Assembly (NCBI GenBank): GCA_963769425.1
Contig: CAVYLP010000003.1
Coordinates: 288,001 to 352,000, forward strand
Length of the DNA stretch: 64,000 nt
From: Candidatus Bathyarchaeota archaeon
GTDB taxonomy: Archaea > Thermoproteota > Bathyarchaeia > TCS64
Reading direction: 5' to 3'
In this document: one piece after another, positions 20,092 to 29,917 of the stretch
Position numbering within the stretch: the first letter of the stretch is position 1
How the letters are laid out: the number at the start of each line of letters is the position of its first letter
Notes under the pieces: generated by a model
Told to the model about the DNA's origin: nothing
Databases searched by the model: none
What the model saw: the letters and a program-made list of their open reading frames with translations, nothing else
Made by a program: the position numbers and the translations under genes

Positions 20092-20931
20092 TCAGTTGAG
20101 GTAGATGCCTTTGACTATGTAGTCGGAGGTGTCGAATTTGAAGTTGTTTCGGGCGAGTTCCTTACCGATCTTCGTGGCAGTCGCCTCGTGGTAGCAGTTG
20201 AGCTGTGGAACGCCCCTCTCCGCCGCCTTCCATTGAGCGAAGCGCAGGCAGGCGTCAGGGTCCCCACCCCAAACCCCCACATGCATCGCCTGCTCCGGCA
20301 TAAAGCGTGCGCCGATGGCCACGACGCTGCCCGTCTTTTGGTCCCTGTGGACCATTCCCCGCTTCGCCATGTCCGCGCAGAGGGTTGGGCTGAGCCTGTA
20401 GAAGGTGCGGTTCATCACGAGCCAGCCCATCCAGTCGCCCTCGAGCGGCATGAGGAGGTCCGTGGCCTCCTTCGGGTCGGGGACTGGCACGAACCCGCCC
20501 CTCTCACCAGTGCCGGCGTGGACGGGGAGCGTCGCACCCTTGAAGGTACCCTGGAGGGTGAGACCGTACCTGTCCGCGAGGCCACTGCTCACAACATTGT
20601 CGATACCGGTGTACATCCTCATCGCCCTTACCCCCTGTGCGCGGGCGAGCTCGAACCAGTGCTCATAGAGGGCCTTGCCTAGACCGAGCCCCTGCTTCTC
20701 GGGGATGACGCGTAGCGTCTCCAGCCACGCGGAGCCGTCCGGTACGATCGTGTACTTACCGCACGCGGCGATCTCGCCGTCGAGCTCCACGACGCTGAAC
20801 TCACCGACCCTATCGTTCACGAACATGTCGAAGACATATGGCAGATACCTGAGGTTGGGCGTTGACTTGGACTCTACCCAAAGCGCCTTCTCACGGTCCT
20901 CCGGCCTAGCTCTGCGCACTACGATTTTCAT
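20092..20931 (-). CDS. GNAT family N-acetyltransferase
   Basis: WLETLRVIPEKQGLGLGKAL (motif A). Confidence 0.85.
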   Translation of the reverse strand: MKIVVRRARPEDREKALWVESKSTPNLRYLPYVFDMFVNDRVGEFSVVELDGEIAACGKYTIVPDGSAWLETLRVIPEKQGLGLGKALYEHWFELARAQGVRAMRMYTGIDNVVSSGLADRYGLTLQGTFKGATLPVHAGTGERGGFVPVPDPKEATDLLMPLEGDWMGWLVMNRTFYRLSPTLCADMAKRGMVHRDQKTGSVVAIGARFMPEQAMHVGVWGGDPDACLRFAQWKAAERGVPQLNCYHEATATKIGKELARNNFKFDTSDYIVKGIYLN

Positions 20932-21039
20932 TGAGTCACCAGTTGAGATGAGTCGATACGAGAATATGGGTGTAAAACGCTTCCGATTCGAAGTTGCCAC
21001 TAGGGAGAAAAAACCATTATCTATGATGGCGTAAGTTGG

Positions 21040-22809
21040 CTAGCCCTCGACCGACTTCTCGATCTGCTTGAGCTGCGATCTGTACATGTCGAGGAGCTCG
21101 GAGACCGTAGTCGCCTCCTCCGCGGACTTGTCCTCGCGCCACCTCTGGAAGCGGGGGAACCTCACCGCGAGGCCCGCGCCCTTCCTTATGGCGTCGAAGC
21201 CCGCTGTGTGTATGGGGCTCAGCGTCAGCTCGTCGCCCAGAACCTCCATCACTCTCTCGGGGGCGAACCAGATGTCCGCCTTGAGGAGGCTGTCGACTAG
21301 GGGGTGCTTACCCTCGTGGCGCAGGGGCTCCAGTTCCTTCGGCAGTTTCGCCAGTACCTCGTCTGTGAAGCCGGAGCCAACCTTGCAGACTGTGCGGTAT
21401 ATGTCGGTCTCCTTGTCGTATGCAGCTCCGAGGAGCGCGCCGTAGCTCCCCGCCCTCCTACCCATCCCATGGAACGCGCCCACCACGACGAGGTCGACGG
21501 GATCCGACATCTTGCTCTGGTAACTCCTCTTGAGCTTCACCCAGAGCCAGCTCCTCGCCCCTGCCCTGTAGACGGACTCGTCCGCGAGGCTCTTACACAC
21601 GAGCCCCTCCGTCCCGTCGGCTATCGCCTGCTCGAAGAACCTCTCAATCTCCTTCGGATCATCCGTCTCGATCGACTCAACCCGGTGGAAGTTATCGGTC
21701 TCGTCAATGATCTCCTCCAGCTTCTTCTTTCGCACAGGATAGGGGTCGAGTGTGTAGTCCTTGCCGTCGGCGTAGAGGCAATCGAAGAGGAAGATGGTAA
21801 CGGGGAGCTTCTCCATCATCTCCTCAATCTTGTACTTGCGGCGACGCTGCATGAGGGTCTGGAAGGGGTGCATCTCCCCGGTGTTCGGATCGGTGGCGAC
21901 GACCTCCCCCTCCACGATGGCGGTCTTCGCCTTGATGTGATCCTTCGCCATCTTAACCGCGTCCGGGTACATGTGGGTGATGTTCTCCAGCCTCCGGCTG
22001 AAGAGCTGAACCTTCTCCCCCTCCTTGTGGATTTGGAGCCTCTCCCCGTCGAGCTTGTACTCGGCAGATAGCTTCCCGAGCTTCTCAACGATCTCCTCGG
22101 CGGAGCCCAAGCGCTGGGCCGCCATCGCCATTATGGGCTTCCCGACGGTGATCTGGAAGTGCTCTATCGCCTCAATCCCCTTCCCCGCGAGGGTCTCAGC
22201 GACGTCCCCAAGGTCGCTGCTCAGGTAGTAGGCCCTCTCAAGCGCCTCGCGGGCGTCCTTCGAGCCGGTCCTCGCGATGGCGAGGGCGTCGAGTATCGTC
22301 ATGTCGCCTACGCCGAGGCGGAGCGCCCCGACCACTGTTCGGGCGAGGTACCTTGCCGCAGTGGGGGTCACGTTGACCATGAGCTTGACGAGGCGGTCCA
22401 CCTTCCTTACCGAGCTGCCCTGCCCCGACTCGTTAGCGATAGCATCAAGGGTGTTGTAGACCTCCGAGGCGGTTGGCTGTTTCCCCCCGAAGCTCTTCAC
22501 CTTCTTCCCCCTCAGAGCCGCCTCCGCCGCGTGGCCGATGTCCCCAGTCTCAGCTATAAGCTGCTCCACCTTCGCCTTCGGAAGCCCCGTCGCCTTGACG
22601 ATGGCCTCGACGACGCTCTTCTCCGCCATCCCGATCTCGGGTTCGCCCGTCCAATCCGGGTGAATCTTGCCCTGAGTGAGGTAGATGACCTCAGCCATCT
22701 CGTCGGGTTCAGCCTTCTTGAGAAGCTCCGCGAGGATGGCGGTCATCTCGAGCCGCTTCGTCGTTGCCTCAAGCTTGACGTAGGTCTCCACGAGGGTATC
22801 GTAGAGCAT
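21040..22809 (-). CDS. lig: ATP-dependent DNA ligase
   Basis: EYKLDGER, EGEVV, EGLVCK, WVKLK, DLVVVG, LAVRFPRF. Confidence 0.97.
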   Translation of the reverse strand: MLYDTLVETYVKLEATTKRLEMTAILAELLKKAEPDEMAEVIYLTQGKIHPDWTGEPEIGMAEKSVVEAIVKATGLPKAKVEQLIAETGDIGHAAEAALRGKKVKSFGGKQPTASEVYNTLDAIANESGQGSSVRKVDRLVKLMVNVTPTAARYLARTVVGALRLGVGDMTILDALAIARTGSKDAREALERAYYLSSDLGDVAETLAGKGIEAIEHFQITVGKPIMAMAAQRLGSAEEIVEKLGKLSAEYKLDGERLQIHKEGEKVQLFSRRLENITHMYPDAVKMAKDHIKAKTAIVEGEVVATDPNTGEMHPFQTLMQRRRKYKIEEMMEKLPVTIFLFDCLYADGKDYTLDPYPVRKKKLEEIIDETDNFHRVESIETDDPKEIERFFEQAIADGTEGLVCKSLADESVYRAGARSWLWVKLKRSYQSKMSDPVDLVVVGAFHGMGRRAGSYGALLGAAYDKETDIYRTVCKVGSGFTDEVLAKLPKELEPLRHEGKHPLVDSLLKADIWFAPERVMEVLGDELTLSPIHTAGFDAIRKGAGLAVRFPRFQRWREDKSAEEATTVSELLDMYRSQLKQIEKSVEG

Positions 22810-22855
22810 TGTTATCGGTGAATTGATTGGCGGAGGCGATTAAAACCCTGCGCCT

Positions 22856-23677
22856 TTAGACGGTGTAGGCTTGGGCGCTGCGCTTCCCTATCGATTCGTA
22901 CTCCTCGAAGGCGTCGATGAGGCAGTACTCCCCCGCCCTCTCAGTGAAGAGGGAGAAGACGTACTCACTCCCCTTCTCCGCCTCGATCATCGTTAGGAGG
23001 TTCGGCGGGAAGAAGTTGATCGACAGCTTGTCCCAGATCATCTCGAGCTTCGGCGCCTCCGCGTAGCGCAGCGCCACGAAGCTCCTGAAATGGGTAACCA
23101 TGTCGACGTAGTGGGCCGCGTTCAGGTTGGCGAGCTCGGGCACGGTCTTTATGCAGTCGGTGCCGTCTTTGTCCTTGATGAAGGCGAGCGCCTTCGCAAG
23201 CTTGTCTCTGTGCTCCCTGAGCATGTGGTCACGCGTCAGCCTCTGTAGCCTGTCCCCACCCACCCAGTCGTCCGCGTGGAGCACCTCGTGCACCGCCGTG
23301 TAGAGGGAGAGCGTCGAGGCGAGCTCCGGTATCTCCATCGGCTTGTCGCTGAAGGGGAGGTCCCTGTCGAGGATTATCGTGGATGGCGGGGTGAAGCAGC
23401 CGAAGTCCATCCCATACTGGCAGCCCCTGATCATCTCAAGCGAGTCGGCGAGGCAGTCCCCCTCCCCGAGCCGATCACGCGTCTCGATGATGTGCGGGCC
23501 GAGGGGGAGATTCAACTCAAGCTGGGCCTCCCGTATCAACTCGACGGAGCCCACGACGAGCCTTCGCACGTCCTCGTGCGTGAGCCGCCTACGCTCGAGA
23601 TACATCTTCGGAAGACACTCAGCCCCCTTTAAAAGCACATTGGTGTAATTACTGTATAGATACGAGTACTTTGCCAC
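22856..23677 (-). CDS. Conserved-looking hypothetical protein with HExxH motif
   Basis: AVHEVLHAD; coding-like codon usage; true start may be ~23605. Confidence 0.7.
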   Translation of the reverse strand: MAKYSYLYSNYTNVLLKGAECLPKMYLERRRLTHEDVRRLVVGSVELIREAQLELNLPLGPHIIETRDRLGEGDCLADSLEMIRGCQYGMDFGCFTPPSTIILDRDLPFSDKPMEIPELASTLSLYTAVHEVLHADDWVGGDRLQRLTRDHMLREHRDKLAKALAFIKDKDGTDCIKTVPELANLNAAHYVDMVTHFRSFVALRYAEAPKLEMIWDKLSINFFPPNLLTMIEAEKGSEYVFSLFTERAGEYCLIDAFEEYESIGKRSAQAYTV

Positions 23678-23753
23678 ATCTGGAATAGCTCACCTTTTCC
23701 GGTCGAAAACCCTTTAGACACCTCCCCGCACCCTCTACGCTCAGTGAACCAGC

Positions 23754-24677
23754 ATGAAGTACGGAGCCCAGACGGAGTACGGGAAGCTTAGGAAGGTGCT
23801 CATGCACCGCCCGACGGAGGAGAACAAGCGCATTACGCCGGGTAACAAGGACGCCTACCTCTTCAGGGACGTCGTCTATTGGAAGGAGTTCCAGCACGAG
23901 CACGACGTATTCACCGACCTCCTCAGGGACGAGGGGGTCGAGGTACTGATGCTCACGGACCAGCTCGACGAGCACCACGCCCACATAGCCGAGACGCTCC
24001 CCAACCTCGTCTACACGCGCGACGTCTGCATGGTGAGCAACCTAGGTGCCCACGCGCTGAGGATGACCTATGCGGCCCGGCAGGTGGAGCCACTCCTCAT
24101 GGAGATGGCGATGAAGAAGCTCGGCATCCCGATCGCGCAGAGCATACAACCACCCGCCCTCGTCGAGGGCGGAGACTTCGTCTGGCTCAACAAGGAGACC
24201 CCAATGATGGGCTTCGTAACTCGCAGCAACGAGGCCGGCGTCATGGCGGTGAAGGACAAGCTCCTCGGCGGCGGTGCCGTGAAGGAGTTCGTCGCAGTCC
24301 CGCTGCCCAGCTGGCGCGTCCACCTAGACGGTGCAGTCATGGTGATGAGCCCCGACATCGCCCTCTTCCACGAGGCGAGCCTCGGACTCTTCCCGGCCTA
24401 CGTCTACAATGAGGAGGGTGTAAGGCTCCAGTACCTACGCGACTACCTCGAGGAGAAAGGCGTTGAAATCATAGAGGGAAACGACACGGAGACCCGCGTC
24501 TTCGGAGCCAACATAATCGGCCTCGGAAACCACAAGTGCGTCAGCTATGAGTGGAACGAGCGCCTCATCGAGATACTCGACGACAGGGGCTTCGACGTCC
24601 TCACCATACCCGGGAGCCAGCTCAGCATCGGAGGCGGCGGCCCCCACTGCATGACCTGCCCAATTCTCAGAGATTAG
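23754..24677 (+). CDS. Arginine deiminase/amidinotransferase (pentein) family protein
   Basis: LVYTRD, VEGGD, HLDG, GGGGPHCMTCP. Confidence 0.9.
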   Translation: MKYGAQTEYGKLRKVLMHRPTEENKRITPGNKDAYLFRDVVYWKEFQHEHDVFTDLLRDEGVEVLMLTDQLDEHHAHIAETLPNLVYTRDVCMVSNLGAHALRMTYAARQVEPLLMEMAMKKLGIPIAQSIQPPALVEGGDFVWLNKETPMMGFVTRSNEAGVMAVKDKLLGGGAVKEFVAVPLPSWRVHLDGAVMVMSPDIALFHEASLGLFPAYVYNEEGVRLQYLRDYLEEKGVEIIEGNDTETRVFGANIIGLGNHKCVSYEWNERLIEILDDRGFDVLTIPGSQLSIGGGGPHCMTCPILRD

Positions 24678-24835
24678 ATACATTCGTAAAAATATTGAGA
24701 CTTTCTTGGGCAGATTAATGAACTCATACGATTCTCCACCCAAGCCAAGTTAGTGATCAGCATCTCTCGAGCCAGTTATTATGCTGCAATATCAATGGTC
24801 TAAGATCTAAGATGCTCTGTTTTTAAAAGAGGGGG

Positions 24836-25390
24836 TTACGTCGTTAGGCTCCGCGTTACGAAGAAAAACGTTATCGCCACAGCCACTATATCTACTATTA
24901 TCGCCCAGATAGCCCAGTCAGCATAGACTAAGACCGTGACATTTTTCGTGAAACTACCCACTTGAATATTGTATTGAATGCTGGAGATGGGATTCATATA
25001 GGGATTTGGGGCCACCGCATATTGAGCAGTACTTGGGATTGTATTGAACTTCGCGAACGGGTTTGTGATTAACACAGATGCACCTGGGAGGGTGACGTTC
25101 GCCGCCACGATCTTAGAGATATCGTTCGCCTTCATGTCTACATTGATTAAGCTAAGCGTCGTCCCGTTGACGACGACAGGGATCGCCATCGACTCGGCCT
25201 GAGTAGTAGTCTTATTCACTACTATGTTGAAACGGCAGTTTCCATAGAGTGGTGAGCTCGAGTCTACAACGGCTGGGATGTTTACACTCTGGACGTTTAT
25301 TGTTGCATTAGCCACGGGAAAAACGAGGGTGGCTAAAAATGCAGCGATGATTACAAGCTGGAACAACTTCATTTTTTTAACTACAGACAT
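24836..25390 (-). CDS. Hypothetical protein with signal peptide and C-terminal TM anchor
   Basis: Hydrophobic termini around a beta-rich core. Confidence 0.7.
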   Translation of the reverse strand: MSVVKKMKLFQLVIIAAFLATLVFPVANATINVQSVNIPAVVDSSSPLYGNCRFNIVVNKTTTQAESMAIPVVVNGTTLSLINVDMKANDISKIVAANVTLPGASVLITNPFAKFNTIPSTAQYAVAPNPYMNPISSIQYNIQVGSFTKNVTVLVYADWAIWAIIVDIVAVAITFFFVTRSLTT

Positions 25391-25394
25391 TCCC

Positions 25395-25502
25395 CTATCA
25401 ACGACCATACACACTATCATAGGCGTTGCCAGATTTAACCTTCGTTATCCTGAACCCAACTTTAGGTTCTATCAACGACCATACACACTATCAGAGGCGT
25501 TG
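25395..25502. repeat. Two 34-bp direct repeats (1 mismatch) separated by 40 bp
   Basis: CTATCAACGACCATACACACTATCA(T/G)AGGCGTTG at 25395-25428 and 25469-25502. Confidence 0.9.
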
Positions 25503-25665
25503 GAAGCGCACCTTATCAACCTGAACGCTGGAACAATTCAACCACATTCTTTTTAAACTCGATTTAGTTCTGGTTGTCAAGTTTAGTTAAAAATCCCAAT
25601 CCTACACCCTAAGGGACTATAACTCACATTAAGGAGGGAGAGAAATAAATAGCCGAGGGGGGGTT

Positions 25666-26121
25666 TCGACGTCTGAACAATATGAAAAAGGATGGGAATA
25701 TTTCAAGGAAGGAACGAAATCTAGGGAAAAGGCCAAGCTCCTCCTGAATAGCACTGATTACGCCGGGAGCGTACGCGCCTCCCAGAGCGCCATCGATCTC
25801 TATATAAAAAGCGCGTATCTCCTCCAAGGAAAGGAGCCGCCGAGAAACCTCTCCCCCAACTCAGACTTTAAGGAGATCGTGAAGAAGATCAAGGAGACCC
25901 CGACACAGGACCCAAACCTCTCCAAGCAGGTAACCGCCGTGTCGAAGAGGTTCCAGGGGATACACGTGAAGAGCATGTATGGGGCGGTGGGGAAGAAGAC
26001 TTCACAGCTCTTCGATAAAAGTGACGCCTACGAGTACTATCATCTCGCAAACGACTTGGGGCTGCTGATAGTCGCAATCGACTCAGTGTATGGCGGCCGT
26101 TCCAACCGACCCTCGAGCTAG
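25666..26121 (+). CDS. HEPN-domain protein lacking a canonical start codon
   Basis: Frame extends upstream of 25879: AKLLLNSTDYAGSVRASQSAIDLYIKSAYLLQGKEPPRNL; no ATG/GTG/TTG between stop at 25630 and 25879. Confidence 0.6.
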   Translation, partial: STSEQYEKGWEYFKEGTKSREKAKLLLNSTDYAGSVRASQSAIDLYIKSAYLLQGKEPPRNLSPNSDFKEIVKKIKETPTQDPNLSKQVTAVSKRFQGIHVKSMYGAVGKKTSQLFDKSDAYEYYHLANDLGLLIVAIDSVYGGRSNRPSS

Positions 26122-26170
26122 AAGCATTTCAGCGATTAGGTTTAAGAGACGGTATCCCGCACCACCCCAT

Positions 26171-26228
26171 GGCTTCGACTAGCCTCCGTTTAGGCGAAGC
26201 CCTTAGGGATGACCCCCTCATCCCTAAG
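26171..26228. other. Two adjacent strong hairpins
   Basis: GGCTTCG/CGAAGCC (26171-26201) and 11-bp CTTAGGGATGA/TCATCCCTAAG (26202-26228). Confidence 0.7.
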
Positions 26229-26291
26229 TTTTCCTCACCAACCCCGGGTCAGGTATATAATCAATCATTCAACTGGATCAACCGGAGAAGT

Positions 26292-26714
26292 ATGGAAACC
26301 AATATTCTGCTCGCGTTCGATGGCTCGGATCAGTCTCTGAAGGCGCTCGACGAGGCGATAAGGGTAGCCAAGGGGCTGAAGGCGAAGCTGATAGTGCTCC
26401 ACGTCTACTGGGAGGAGGGGGCGGACGCATATATAGACCCAAAGAGGATCACGACGGAGGACGTCGACATCGACGCCCAGAAGATGTATGGGAAGATGGA
26501 GGAGAGGCTCAAGAAGGAGGGGGTAACGTACGAGCTCAAGTCGGAGAGGAGCACCGACGCCCCACTCACCATCACTGAGACCGCCGAGAAGATGAACTGC
26601 GAGATGATCGTCATCGGCAACAGGGGCGTCGGGAGGCTGAGGGGCTTCCTCCTCGGCTCCGTCGCGGAGAAGGTCGTCTCCACATCGAAGCGCAGCGTCC
26701 TCATAGTCAAGTGA
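26292..26714 (+). CDS. Universal stress protein (UspA family)
   Basis: ILLAFDGS, IVIGNRG, LLGSVAEKV. Confidence 0.92.
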   Translation: METNILLAFDGSDQSLKALDEAIRVAKGLKAKLIVLHVYWEEGADAYIDPKRITTEDVDIDAQKMYGKMEERLKKEGVTYELKSERSTDAPLTITETAEKMNCEMIVIGNRGVGRLRGFLLGSVAEKVVSTSKRSVLIVK

Positions 26715-26754
26715 GGCACCCGAAGACTCATGAGACGCGGCGACACCATCATCG

Positions 26755-27210
26755 GTGATGTCCCTAGAATCCTACCTCGAGCAGAACGGAGTCTGGCACA
26801 GGTTCGTCGAGAAGCAGGAGACGGTCCACACCGCCGACGCCTCCAAGGCGACCGGAATAGACCTTCATAAGATTACTAAGAATCTCGTCTCCGTGACGGA
26901 TACGGGCGAGCACGTGGTCCTCATCGTCCCGGGTGATAGGAGGGTCAACCTAAAGGAGGCTGCCAAGGCGCTTGGAGCGAAGAACGTCCGCCTCATGCCC
27001 TTCGACCAATCCGAGCCCATAAGCGGGTACCCACCCGGCGGGACACCGAGCCTCGGCTACAAGACAAAGATGAGGGTTTTACTTGACAAGGAGCTTGAGG
27101 GCTTCGATACATTTTACTGCGGGGGTGGGAGCAGGGACAGGCTCCTTGAGGTTAAATCGGTGGATGTTATCAGGCTAAACGGGGCCATCGTTGCGCCGAT
27201 AAGCTCCTAG
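26755..27210 (+). CDS. YbaK/EbsC aminoacyl-tRNA editing protein
   Basis: ITKNLV, SGYPPGG, YCGGG. Confidence 0.88.
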   Translation: MMSLESYLEQNGVWHRFVEKQETVHTADASKATGIDLHKITKNLVSVTDTGEHVVLIVPGDRRVNLKEAAKALGAKNVRLMPFDQSEPISGYPPGGTPSLGYKTKMRVLLDKELEGFDTFYCGGGSRDRLLEVKSVDVIRLNGAIVAPISS

Positions 27211-28020
27211 AGGCGTAGGCCACAGGGAGCTGGCTTACCGTCGAGGTACACTGCGCCGTTCTCGAGGGAGAACCTGCCCTCGGCGATCATCTCGACGGTC
27301 AACGGGTAGATCACCCAGTCACCCTCCTGTTTGAGGCGGTCCTGGTGCTCCTCGACAACTGCTTTGAGTAGCTCCTTGTCCTCCCTGAGCTTATCCAACG
27401 TGATCCCTTCGGGGAGCATGATGGGGACTGGCTTGGAGACGACCAGTATCTCACCGTTGTCAACCTTCTCCCTCACCACGTGGGTCGTAGAGCGTATCTC
27501 CTGCTCCCCTGCAAGTATGGCGTCCCTTACCGTGTGCACCCCCACGTACCTCCGCTCCCCGTTAAGGGTAACCGTCAGGTCCGCCGGGTGGACGTTTATT
27601 ATCTTCCCATCGTAGCGGTCGAGGAGGGGCCTCGTTGTTATGCTCATGTACCCGGCTAGGGCGATGAGATCGATTTTGTGCCTCTCGATGTGCCGCGACA
27701 ACCAGTTTATCGAAGTCGGGGCGCAGGCTTAGGTCCTTCTTCGACGAGTGACCGCAGGAGGCGTAGAAGTCCATGATGTCGACGCACTCGTAGGCTATCC
27801 CGTACTCCTTCGCGATGTCGAGAGCTCTGCACGCCTTCTTCCCTTCCTTATCCACTGTCTCATCCTTGACGTCCGTGAAGATTAACTCTACACGGTACCC
27901 CGCCTTGGGCCGCTGGCTTCGCTCTATGATCCTCCGGGCGTTGGTTCCGGAGCCGGACATGAAGCAGACGACCCTCATTAGCTGTCCCGCGGCGGGGGCG
28001 TAGATGGGTGTGGGGGCCAT
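27207..28020 (-). pseudogene. purN: Phosphoribosylglycinamide formyltransferase-like (PurN), one frameshift ~27700
   Basis: FMSGSGTNA in the upstream frame; ALAGYM, INVHPADL, VDNG in the downstream frame. Confidence 0.8.
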
Positions 28021-28140
28021 GCTGATAGGTTCCCGGGTCCGAAAATAAATGTGCTTGGTCACTTTCGGCGGCCCCTCTCCCCGCGGATGCTGCGGCTCGC
28101 TTATAACCCGATGAAGGGGGTTTTATGTGCGAGGATAGAA

Positions 28141-28296
28141 TTGGCTCAAGACATTGTGGTAGACATCCACGACGGCGAGGAGTCTAGTGATGACTCCCCG
28201 TTAGCGGTGTGCAAGGGCTGCGGGAAGCTCGTCCCTCGGACGAACCTCTGTCTCTACTGCGGCTCACCTATACTCTATGGGAAACACCCTTCCTAA
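28141..28296 (+). CDS. Small zinc-finger protein
   Basis: CKGCG...CLYCG. Confidence 0.55.
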   Translation: MAQDIVVDIHDGEESSDDSPLAVCKGCGKLVPRTNLCLYCGSPILYGKHPS

Positions 28297-28335
28297 CCGT
28301 TTTAACCGCCTGGCACCCCTTTCTCTTCGACCATT

Positions 28336-29181
28336 ATGGCGAATAAACCAGATCGCGTTTTCATCTCCATCGACATGGAGGGTATATCCAGCGTCGTCGA
28401 CTGGACCCACGTCGACATGAACCACCCCGAGTACGCCTACTATCGAAAAATGATGGCGGGTGACCTGAACGCCGCCATCGACGGCGCACTAGCCGCGGGG
28501 GCGAAGGAGATCGTGGTGAGCGACGCTCACGGCGGGATGAGGAACCTCATACCCGAGGACGTAAACGAGGCCGCGTACCTCATCAGGGGTAGCCCGAAGC
28601 CGGACAGCATGATGGAGGGCATCGATGACGGCCACTACGATGCGGCCCTCTTCGTCGGCTACCACTCCATGGTCGGCACCGAGAACGGGATACTCGCTCA
28701 CACGATCGCGGGGAGCACAGTCGACGGCGTGGTGATAAACGGGCGTGAGACGGGTGAGTTCGGGATGAACGCCGCCCTCGCGGGCTGGCACGGCGTCCCA
28801 GCCGTCTTCCTCGCGGGGGACTACGCCGCATGCGCCGAGGCGGAGAGCTTCGTCCCCGGAATCACCACGGCCCCCATCAAGTGGGCGGTCGGCAGGTACT
28901 CCGCCAAGTGTCTCCACCCCAACAAGAGCCGAGCCCTCATCAGACAGAAGGCGAAGGAGGCCCTGGAGGACATTGGTAAGGTGAACGCCTACTGGGTGAA
29001 CGAGCCCGTCGAGGTCAAGATGAGGTGGGCGACTCCCACGATGGCGGACGTCGTCAGCGTGCTCCCATACATGGAGCGCATCGACGGGAAGACGACGAGC
29101 TGCACCTTCGACGACTACCCGAGCGCCCTACGCGGGCTGCGCGCCTCCATCACCATGGCTGGCACCGCCGAGAAGCGGTAA
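28336..29181 (+). CDS. dppA: M55 D-aminopeptidase (DppA family)
   Basis: ISIDMEG, DAHG, GYH, HTI, GEFGMN. Confidence 0.92.
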   Translation: MANKPDRVFISIDMEGISSVVDWTHVDMNHPEYAYYRKMMAGDLNAAIDGALAAGAKEIVVSDAHGGMRNLIPEDVNEAAYLIRGSPKPDSMMEGIDDGHYDAALFVGYHSMVGTENGILAHTIAGSTVDGVVINGRETGEFGMNAALAGWHGVPAVFLAGDYAACAEAESFVPGITTAPIKWAVGRYSAKCLHPNKSRALIRQKAKEALEDIGKVNAYWVNEPVEVKMRWATPTMADVVSVLPYMERIDGKTTSCTFDDYPSALRGLRASITMAGTAEKR

Positions 29182-29318
29182 ACCCCAGCCAGCGTTTGCG
29201 CGCGCGCTCGGAACTAATAAAGCAGTTTCATACTGATGTAGTTGTTATGAGAGAAAAGGAACGCGCGCGCAGGCATTCTCCAGTTCGCGCGATTGTTCAG
29301 TGTTTATGGATCTTGGGT

Positions 29319-29917
29319 CTTAGGTCGTGTCATAACGTATCGGGATCACTCAAAAGAACTGGACCAATAGAATCATAAGTCAAGATCTTCTTATCCCGCA
29401 CTCCATCGAATCTATAAATATCACTCAGGTTCTAGGTATTCTAATTATTAAGAAAATGAGCTTAGCGCACAAGCTCGGATAACCACTTCTTCATTACATT
29501 ATTTCTTTCGAGGCGCTCAAGCTCCTGTCTCACCGCTCTCGCTCTTTCCTCTATAGATCTAAGCCGGTTGATCATTTCAACGTTGGAATCGTTACCGCTC
29601 AACCCTCTCCCCCGTAGAAAAGATCAGATTTTTTCTTAATACACCTTAAGCACACATTGTTAGTTCAGATCAGTAGTCATTGAATACGGTTTTTGTTAAA
29701 TTTAACACATTCATGGGTTGATTTTCGTTATTACTTCTTAAATATATTCAATAATGGCTGTGAAACATCTAGCGATTTTTGGGTTCAAGTGCCCTGTAAA
29801 AATGACCTCTTCCTGTTAATCATCTTCCAATTTTCGCCGCATTGCTAACTGTTAGCAAACGGAGGTTCACGTGAATGATCGATGTAGGGCCTTAGGTCGT
29901 GTCATAACGTATCGGGA
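29319..29917. repeat. 27-bp direct repeat pair (probable mobile-element end or att site)
   Basis: CTTAGGTCGTGTCATAACGTATCGGGA at 29319-29345 and 29891-29917. Confidence 0.85.
29462..29602 (-). CDS. Small coiled-coil protein (46 aa)
   Basis: Manual translation MSGNDSNVEMINRLRSIEERARAVRQELERLERNNVMKKWLSELVR; G-rich SD before TTG. Confidence 0.45.
   Translation of the reverse strand: MSGNDSNVEMINRLRSIEERARAVRQELERLERNNVMKKWLSELVR

Noticed and set aside
124-24743. Numerous long antisense or alternate-frame ORFs (e.g. 6039-6845, 8884-9528, 21304-22071)
   Set aside because: Shadow ORFs of GC-rich genes that have clear family motifs in another frame.
29770-29800. tRNA-like GGTTCAAGT
   Set aside because: No cloverleaf or acceptor stem; no tRNA or rRNA gene was recognised anywhere in the window.
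29319-29917. Integron attC sites (TCATAAC resembles an R'' box)
   Set aside because: No matching GTTATG R' box at a suitable distance and no integrase in the window.
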